Origin: Melioribacteraceae bacterium
GTDB lineage: Bacteria; Bacteroidota; Ignavibacteria; Ignavibacteriales; Melioribacteraceae
NCBI GenBank assembly: GCA_041674625.1
Contig: JBAYVI010000001.1
Coordinates: forward strand, 11,421 to 75,420
Length of the DNA stretch: 64,000 nt
Direction: 5' to 3'
Part shown: in pieces, positions 15,043-21,483 of the stretch
How the letters are laid out: every line of letters begins with the position of its first letter
Numbering within the stretch: the first letter of the stretch is position 1
Position numbers and translations under genes: made by a program
Notes under the pieces: model-generated
What the model was told of the DNA's origin: nothing
The model's input: only the letters and a program-made list of their open reading frames with translations
Databases searched by the model: none

Positions 15043-16760
15043 TTGATTTCGATGATGATATTTTAGATAATTTAGCGAGTATATTTGGCGAAGATCAGAT
15101 AAAAGAAGTGGTCGAGGGTAACTTAACTAGATATCAGAATGACCCTGTAGGATTCATGAAGAATGTTCTAAAAATAGAACACATAAGCGATGATTTAATT
15201 AGTGCTTGTGAAAGCGTTTTAAAAAATAAAATTACTATTGCTCAATCTGCAAATGCAACAGGTAAAACATGGCTCCTTGGACATCTAGCGATTTGGTTTT
15301 ATTTATGTTTCGAAGAATCGCAGGTAATAATGATTGCATCCCCTCCAGAGAGTAACCTTAAGGAGAAGAGCTTTGCTGAGGTTCTAAAGGTATTTTATAA
15401 GAATAAACATCTCTTTGACGGTAAGCATGTAGTAACAACTCTTAAAATAGCAGAAAGTGGCAAGGGAACTGATGCCAACCCGAAGCATTTTATTATTGGG
15501 AAAGCAATCCCTTCTTCTGGCTCTCCCGAAGAAAGGACTGCTAAGTTCTCTGGGAGCCACTCTCCCCAGATGCTCGTCTTAGTCGATGAGGCAAATGGGT
15601 GTCCCGATGAGATTTTCGTAGCACTCGAAGGTGTTTTGTCTGGGTCTTGGAATAAAATGTTTTGTACATTAAATCCAAGACAAAAATCTGGAGCTTGCTA
15701 CCAGATGACAAAAACTGATAAAGCAAATACATTAGTGCTATCGGCATTTTCTCATCCGAATGTCGTGACTGGGGAAGATATTGTTCCAGGAGCTGTAAGC
15801 CGTGAGAAAACGGTACAACGGATTACTGAGTGGACCCAACCATTACCGGATGGTGAAGAACCCACGAGAGATTGTTTTGAAGTACCAGAATATTTAGTCG
15901 GATGTTCTGCAATATCTGGCTCAGGAAAACAACTAGAAACATTAGCGGCTGGATGGAGAAGGATAACATATCCACCCTTTTCGACAATAGTATTAGGCCA
16001 GTACCCATCAACAGATGCTAATACATTAATTGATGAGACATGGATTGATGCGGCGGTGTCAAGATGGAAACTATACACAGCACAATATGGGAAAGATAGT
16101 ACAAAGGGGATAAATTGTGTGCTAGGCTGTGATATAGCGGATCAAGGTATGGACTTCTGCTGTGTAGCAAAAAGATATGGGAGTTATATTTCTGGATTTG
16201 AAAGATGGCGTGGATTAGACTTAGATATATCTAGCGATAAAATATCTCAAATATATATATCTGCTAATGCTTATCAGTGTAACGTAGAGGCGGACGGTAT
16301 AGGTGCTGCAATTCCCCCTAAAGTGTCAAGACAAGGATTTTGGAAGTGTGAGAATAAAGAATGCGAAGGGTATGACACTAATTATATTGACGATAATGTA
16401 TTTAAGTGCCCCATTTGTCAAAAAGAAATGTCTAGGAAACATATTAACGTAAGAAAAGTATATGTTTCCTCCCCTTCTAATAAAAAATGTGATCTGGGTA
16501 AGTTTGGGTTAGTTAGGGATGAGTTGTACTGGCTAGTTGCGGATTGGCTTAAAAGAGATCCATCGGCCATGATTCCAGATATTCCAGAATTGAGAGAGGA
16601 GATGTTAGCCTTCGAGTATTTTGAAGATCAAAGTTCTGGGAAAATTAAGGTTTCTGATAAAAAATCAGTAGTTAAAAAAATACAGAGAAGTCCTGACTAT
16701 TTCGCATCACTAATTCAATGTTTTTTCGAACCAAAAATTCCAAGCATTAGGGTAATATGA
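15033..16760 (+). CDS. terL: terminase large subunit
   Basis: P-loop-like SANATGKTW and Walker B LVLVDEANG, with a C-terminal nuclease-type region. It contains an inserted CxxC...CxxC ribbon (WKCENKECEG...FKCPICQKE). Confidence 0.9.
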   Translation: MCMIDFDDDILDNLASIFGEDQIKEVVEGNLTRYQNDPVGFMKNVLKIEHISDDLISACESVLKNKITIAQSANATGKTWLLGHLAIWFYLCFEESQVIMIASPPESNLKEKSFAEVLKVFYKNKHLFDGKHVVTTLKIAESGKGTDANPKHFIIGKAIPSSGSPEERTAKFSGSHSPQMLVLVDEANGCPDEIFVALEGVLSGSWNKMFCTLNPRQKSGACYQMTKTDKANTLVLSAFSHPNVVTGEDIVPGAVSREKTVQRITEWTQPLPDGEEPTRDCFEVPEYLVGCSAISGSGKQLETLAAGWRRITYPPFSTIVLGQYPSTDANTLIDETWIDAAVSRWKLYTAQYGKDSTKGINCVLGCDIADQGMDFCCVAKRYGSYISGFERWRGLDLDISSDKISQIYISANAYQCNVEADGIGAAIPPKVSRQGFWKCENKECEGYDTNYIDDNVFKCPICQKEMSRKHINVRKVYVSSPSNKKCDLGKFGLVRDELYWLVADWLKRDPSAMIPDIPELREEMLAFEYFEDQSSGKIKVSDKKSVVKKIQRSPDYFASLIQCFFEPKIPSIRVI

Positions 16761-17080
16761 AAATTAAAGAAATGTTCCAAAAACTATTAACATTTATTAA
16801 ATTACTTCTCGCAGATAAAGAGGAAATTTATTACTTCCTTGAATGCAAATTAACAACCGAGTTTCCAAGAAGTATGATGATTCCGTATAACGGAATTGAA
16901 TTTTATGTAAAAGATTATTCAAGTAATGAGTTCTTTATTAAAAAAGAATTAAAATACTTTGAGCACCAATTATTTATTATATGTGAATATTTTGATTTTG
17001 ATAAAAAGGAATTCTTAGAAAAGACATTCCATGAAGACTTTCTGAGAAATAGAATAAAAGTTTTGAGAATGATGGAGTAA
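16757..17080 (+). CDS. hypothetical protein (107 aa)
   Basis: Track ORF, overlapping the TerL stop (ATGA). Confidence 0.5.
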   Translation: MKIKEMFQKLLTFIKLLLADKEEIYYFLECKLTTEFPRSMMIPYNGIEFYVKDYSSNEFFIKKELKYFEHQLFIICEYFDFDKKEFLEKTFHEDFLRNRIKVLRMME

Positions 17081-17088
17081 CTTAATAT

Positions 17089-18468
17089 ATGGCGACACCA
17101 TTTGATTTAGAAATAAAAGCTAGGCGGTCAAGTAATGCATCGACTAGAAAGACTTCTCTACCTTGGCTGAATCAATATCAGTACGGTAGAGAATTGTATA
17201 GTGATGATAATTTTTACGCAATGATAAATGCGTATAAGAGTTGGGTATATGTGGCGGCTAGTAAAAATGCTACAACGTGTGCGAGTACACCCCTGAGACT
17301 CTATGTTGCTAAAAATAACAAAGGTAGTCTAAAGGGGTATCCGACAAGGAAAGTAACGAAGCAAGCTGAAAGGTATTTAAGGGAAAATTCTTCGTTAGAG
17401 AATATTCCGGCGTTTAGGAAGGCGGTGGAGATTGAAGAGGTGCTTCAGCATCCGTTTTTGGATTTAAAAACTAATGTAAACCCCTTTCTTAATTCATTTG
17501 ATCTTATGGAAATGACTCAATTAAACCAGGAGCTTACAGGAAATGCGTACTGGCAAATCATCACAGATCGTATGGGGGTTCCAAAAGAAATTTGGATTAT
17601 TCCAACTACCGACTGCAAAATAATCCCGCATCCCACAAAATTTATCTCTGGGTATAAATATATCAAAGGGTCAACAGAAATAGATTTATCCGAAAAAGAG
17701 GTGATTCATTTCAAAATGCCAAATCCAAAATCTCAATATTATGGATTTGCACCTTTTTCATCTGTAGGTGATATATATAATTTAGATCGTTCTATCAACG
17801 AATATGAGGAATCGATCTTTAGAAATGGTGGTACACTAAGTGGCATATTTGAGACGGAGGAGGCCCTTGGTGATCACGAGTATCAGAGATTGAAGGAAGA
17901 AATTAAAGAGAACTTCACTGGCAAAGCAAATGTTGGCAAAATGCCCCTCCTTGATAATGGGCTAAAATATAAACAATTAGGTACTTCCCCCAAGGAGATG
18001 TCCCATTTGGGTGGCAGAGAGTATGTCAAAGAATCTATCCTCAATGCTTTTGGCATCAGTTTGGGTATGTTTTCAAAAGACTCGAATAGGGCCAACGTCC
18101 AAGGTGCAATAAAACAGTACACGGAATTCACGATTAAACCGAGACTAATAAGATTTCAAGAAAAACTTAATGAAAAACTCATTCCAATGTATGACGAAAA
18201 GCTTTTTGTAGCCTTTAATTCTCCAGTTCCTGAGGATGAGGAGTTTGCTCTTAATCAGAGAGTCAAGCACGTTAATTTTGGAATAGAAACGATAAATGAA
18301 GTGAGGAGAGAACTAGGGAAAGAACCATTTGATTCACGTTTTGACGAGCCGATTATTCCGGTAAATATGACCCATATTGATAATATTCTTGCTAGTATTG
18401 CTAACGGCACAGGAGAAGGGAACATTGTCGATTCTCCTGGCAAAATGCTTAAATTATTAAATAGATAG
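17089..18468 (+). CDS. portal protein (HK97-family type)
   Basis: 459 aa. The ELTGNAYWQI and FRNGG motifs and the position after TerL support the call. Confidence 0.85.
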   Translation: MATPFDLEIKARRSSNASTRKTSLPWLNQYQYGRELYSDDNFYAMINAYKSWVYVAASKNATTCASTPLRLYVAKNNKGSLKGYPTRKVTKQAERYLRENSSLENIPAFRKAVEIEEVLQHPFLDLKTNVNPFLNSFDLMEMTQLNQELTGNAYWQIITDRMGVPKEIWIIPTTDCKIIPHPTKFISGYKYIKGSTEIDLSEKEVIHFKMPNPKSQYYGFAPFSSVGDIYNLDRSINEYEESIFRNGGTLSGIFETEEALGDHEYQRLKEEIKENFTGKANVGKMPLLDNGLKYKQLGTSPKEMSHLGGREYVKESILNAFGISLGMFSKDSNRANVQGAIKQYTEFTIKPRLIRFQEKLNEKLIPMYDEKLFVAFNSPVPEDEEFALNQRVKHVNFGIETINEVRRELGKEPFDSRFDEPIIPVNMTHIDNILASIANGTGEGNIVDSPGKMLKLLNR

Positions 18469-18471
18469 CTA

Positions 18472-18528
18472 TTAAGCGGATAGGCTGACGGGCCGATAAA
18501 TTAGCATTCCGAACTAATTTCCGCTTAA
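18472..18528 (+). promoter_or_regulatory. Y-shaped structured element, copy 1 (upstream of an HNH gene)
   Basis: P1 TTAAGCGGA/TCCGCTTAA, then TA, P2 GGC-tgacgg-GCC, GATAAA, P3 ATTAG-cattccgaa-CTAAT, then T and a T-run. It ends 35 nt before ATG 18564. Confidence 0.6.
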
Positions 18529-18625
18529 TTTTTAAAATCGGAATAAATGCTACGGAGGTATTTATGAAAAAACTAAAATATGTAAAGAGTGTAAAACTGA
18601 GAAAAATTCATCCGAATTTTATAAT

Positions 18626-19630
18626 ATGAAAAATACAAAGGATGGGTTACACATAAACTGTAAAGATTGTTGTTGTAAAATATCGAGAGATAAAAGAAAG
18701 GAATATAGGAATAATTTAATTATAAGAGATCTTAAAGAAAATAAAAAATGTAGGATATGTGGAATAATAAAAGATATTGCGGAATTTCATAAAAACAAAT
18801 CGTCGTTTGATGGTCGTGCATATATTTGTTCAGATTGCGCTTGTAACGAGAGTAAAAGATATAGAGGTATGTATAAAGAAATTAATGAGATAGGGAATAT
18901 CTGCCATGATGTGAAAAGATGTAGCCATTGTAAGGAAGAAAAAGAGATAGAAAATTTTAATTCAGATATTTCAAGTTTTGGAGGATTTGACAAATATTGT
19001 AAAGAATGTCGTTCTATCATGAATAAAGAATATTCTGAGAAAAATAAAGATAGGATTTCTGAATTTAGGAAAATAAATTATATAAAAAATAGAGATTTAA
19101 TTTTAGATAGACAGAGAAAATCTATGGAGGATATTGCGACATTTGCTAGATTTGGGCATAGATTGACTTCTGAAGAAGAGGCAATAGAAGGGGAAAATGG
19201 GGCTTTGTTGATTAAATGTACACATTGTAAAAAATATCATGTACAGAAAAACAAAGTAGTCCTGAATAGAATTGCTGCATTAAATACCCCAGGCGGTAGC
19301 GAATCGAGGATTTATTGTTCTGACCAATGTAAACAAGATTGCGACATTTATTGGGCAAAGCTAATCCCCAAATCGCTTAGGAATATTGCAAGCAAATCTC
19401 GCTGTAACCAGAATAGAGTAAGAGAAATTTTACTAGATATTCAATTTGACGAAATGGGATGTAACTGGTGCGACAAATGCGGTGATATATTTGGACCAGA
19501 AGATTTATTCTTCCACCACAATATCCCGATTGGTGATGACCCAACAGAATACGATAACGCAGCTCATTATATGCTTGTTTGTAAAGATCATCACGAACAT
19601 AAAGGTTGTCTTGGAAATAAATATGAATAA
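18626..19630 (+). CDS. HNH endonuclease with N-terminal zinc-ribbon repeats (5' end probably at ATG 18564 across an A6 run)
   Basis: HNH region FFHHNIPIGDDPTEYDNAAHYMLVCKDHHEHK. Repeats follow the pattern CxxC-x(n)-F-x(n)-CxxC. The first repeat (ICKECKTEKNSSEFYN) lies upstream of the track start in the same frame. Confidence 0.75.
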   Translation: MKNTKDGLHINCKDCCCKISRDKRKEYRNNLIIRDLKENKKCRICGIIKDIAEFHKNKSSFDGRAYICSDCACNESKRYRGMYKEINEIGNICHDVKRCSHCKEEKEIENFNSDISSFGGFDKYCKECRSIMNKEYSEKNKDRISEFRKINYIKNRDLILDRQRKSMEDIATFARFGHRLTSEEEAIEGENGALLIKCTHCKKYHVQKNKVVLNRIAALNTPGGSESRIYCSDQCKQDCDIYWAKLIPKSLRNIASKSRCNQNRVREILLDIQFDEMGCNWCDKCGDIFGPEDLFFHHNIPIGDDPTEYDNAAHYMLVCKDHHEHKGCLGNKYE

Positions 19631-19717
19631 TTCTCTACCACTAGAGAATCTATAAAGGCAACTCTGAGCCAGTCTGACGAATCAGAGATTCTTTTAATCA
19701 AAACGGGAGAAGAAACT

Positions 19718-20950
19718 TTGCAAGAAAATCAACCAAACGATTTAGAACTTACAATCCAAACTTACCTTGACTTAGGTAAAAATGCAAGAGCTACAGCTAA
19801 AGCATTAAACCTTCCAAGAAGTACAGTCCGCAATCGTTTGAAGAAAGCAAAAAATAATCCTAAATATAAAGCATTATTAAACATATCAGAAGATTTTAAA
19901 GTAACAGATACAAATATTTTAAATCAACAAATCCAAGAATTAAGAAGGCAGTTAAATTCTGCTCAAAAGAGTACTTTATTCACAGAACAGATTAAGAAAT
20001 TTGTACTTAAATTAAAAGATTCAGACCCTATTTATCCTGAGTGGTTGGATAATTGCTTTGGTATTAAAAAAGACGATATAATTGGTGTTCCTACTTTAAT
20101 ACTAAGCGATTGGCATTACGGGGAGGTAGTAGATCCAAATCAGATATTCGGCGTAAATGAATACAATATGGAGATTGCAAAGGAAAGGTCAAAAATTGTA
20201 GTTGATAAATGTATTGACCTTGCTTTTAATCATATCGCTAATCCAAAATATCCTGGAATTATTGTGGCATTGCTTGGAGATATGACTACTGGACTTATCC
20301 ATGATGAATTAAAAATTACTGGCGAAAAGGAAGTTCTCCAAGTTACATTAGAACTTCTTGGGGTAATGATTGAAGCTATTAATAAATTAGCAGATGCTTT
20401 CGGAAAGGTATTCTTGCCTTGTGTTGCTGGTAATCATGGAAGACTGACTCTCAAGCCAAGGGCAAAGGGTTATGCATACGACTCCACCGATTGGCTATTA
20501 TTTCAACTACTTGCGAAGTTCTTTGAAAATGATAAACGAGTAAAGTTTTTAATTTCGGATGGTGAAGATGCACAATATAAAGTTTACGATTTTACTTATA
20601 GGATTTCACACGGATCGCAGTTTAAAACGGGAGATGCAATCATAGGCAGCGCGGGAAGTATTATCAGAGGAGATATTCGGAAGCGTTCTTCTGCTCGTTC
20701 AATGGATGCGGAATATGATGTGCTGTTAATAGGCCATTTTCACCAATCAATGACAATTGCCCAAAGGTGTATTTGTAATGGATCGTTGGTTGGTTATAGT
20801 GAATATGCTGCTAAATGCAACTTTCCGTTTGAACCACCTACACAAAATTTCTTTATTACCCATCCAATTCATGGGGTGACATTTAACTTACCAATTAGAA
20901 TAGAGAACAAGGTACAAGAAAAGAAAGAATGGGTTTCCTGGGAGGAATAA
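19718..20950 (+). CDS. calcineurin-like metallophosphoesterase with N-terminal HTH
   Basis: Phosphoesterase motifs are SDWHYG, LLGDMTTG, GNHGR and GHFHQ. The N-terminus LGKNARATAKALNLPRSTVRNRLKKA is HTH-like. TTG start. Confidence 0.7.
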   Translation: MQENQPNDLELTIQTYLDLGKNARATAKALNLPRSTVRNRLKKAKNNPKYKALLNISEDFKVTDTNILNQQIQELRRQLNSAQKSTLFTEQIKKFVLKLKDSDPIYPEWLDNCFGIKKDDIIGVPTLILSDWHYGEVVDPNQIFGVNEYNMEIAKERSKIVVDKCIDLAFNHIANPKYPGIIVALLGDMTTGLIHDELKITGEKEVLQVTLELLGVMIEAINKLADAFGKVFLPCVAGNHGRLTLKPRAKGYAYDSTDWLLFQLLAKFFENDKRVKFLISDGEDAQYKVYDFTYRISHGSQFKTGDAIIGSAGSIIRGDIRKRSSARSMDAEYDVLLIGHFHQSMTIAQRCICNGSLVGYSEYAAKCNFPFEPPTQNFFITHPIHGVTFNLPIRIENKVQEKKEWVSWEE

Positions 20951-20951
20951 A

Positions 20952-21131
20952 ATGAGAGCTTGTAATTGTACACTACCTTATATAAATCCAGATGCTTGTA
21001 GTAATTGTCAAAACAGATCTACATTTGATGAGTATAAATTTTTAAATGATTTTATAGAGCAGCAAGAGCCATTACCACCCGAATTTCAGAAAGTACTGGA
21101 TGACAACTTTTGGGAATTACTAGAAGAATGA
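20952..21131 (+). CDS. small Cys-containing protein (59 aa)
   Basis: Hand-translated MRACNCTLPYINPDACSNCQNRSTFDEYKFLNDFIEQQEPLPPEFQKVLDDNFWELLEE. GGAGGAA SD. Confidence 0.4.
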   Translation: MRACNCTLPYINPDACSNCQNRSTFDEYKFLNDFIEQQEPLPPEFQKVLDDNFWELLEE

Positions 21132-21228
21132 ACGCCATAAAATATTATATACTAAAATACCACCATTATATCTTTAATGAATACCTACAAGTTCTAGGAT
21201 TCGTAATATTTTTCAAGGTTAAAAACAT

Positions 21229-21468
21229 ATGGCTTTAATTTATCATTTAGTCCGTATAAAGCAGAATACACATGGACAATTAGAACCTGTAAATAGAGAT
21301 TATTGCCCTTTATATAAGGATAAAAACGAAATATCAGTATGTCAAGATGGAGATAATTATTGTGTAGGTATTGAACAAGGAAATGTTATAAAACAACTAG
21401 ACAGTATTACATATTTAATTCAATGTAATTATTTTAATACAAAAAGAAGTAAAGCAATAGATAAATAA
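21229..21468 (+). CDS. hypothetical protein (79 aa)
   Basis: Track ORF. Confidence 0.4.
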   Translation: MALIYHLVRIKQNTHGQLEPVNRDYCPLYKDKNEISVCQDGDNYCVGIEQGNVIKQLDSITYLIQCNYFNTKRSKAIDK

Positions 21469-21483
21469 GATAGGAGGAATATA

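Noticed and set aside
18472-18499. An eighth sigma-28-type promoter (TTAAGCGG-N12-GCCGATAA)
   Set aside because: The same nucleotides form P1, P2 and the junction of copy 1 of the structured element, and the -35-like part is poor. I reassigned it to the structured-element family. The shared CCGAYAA core between the two motif families remains unexplained.
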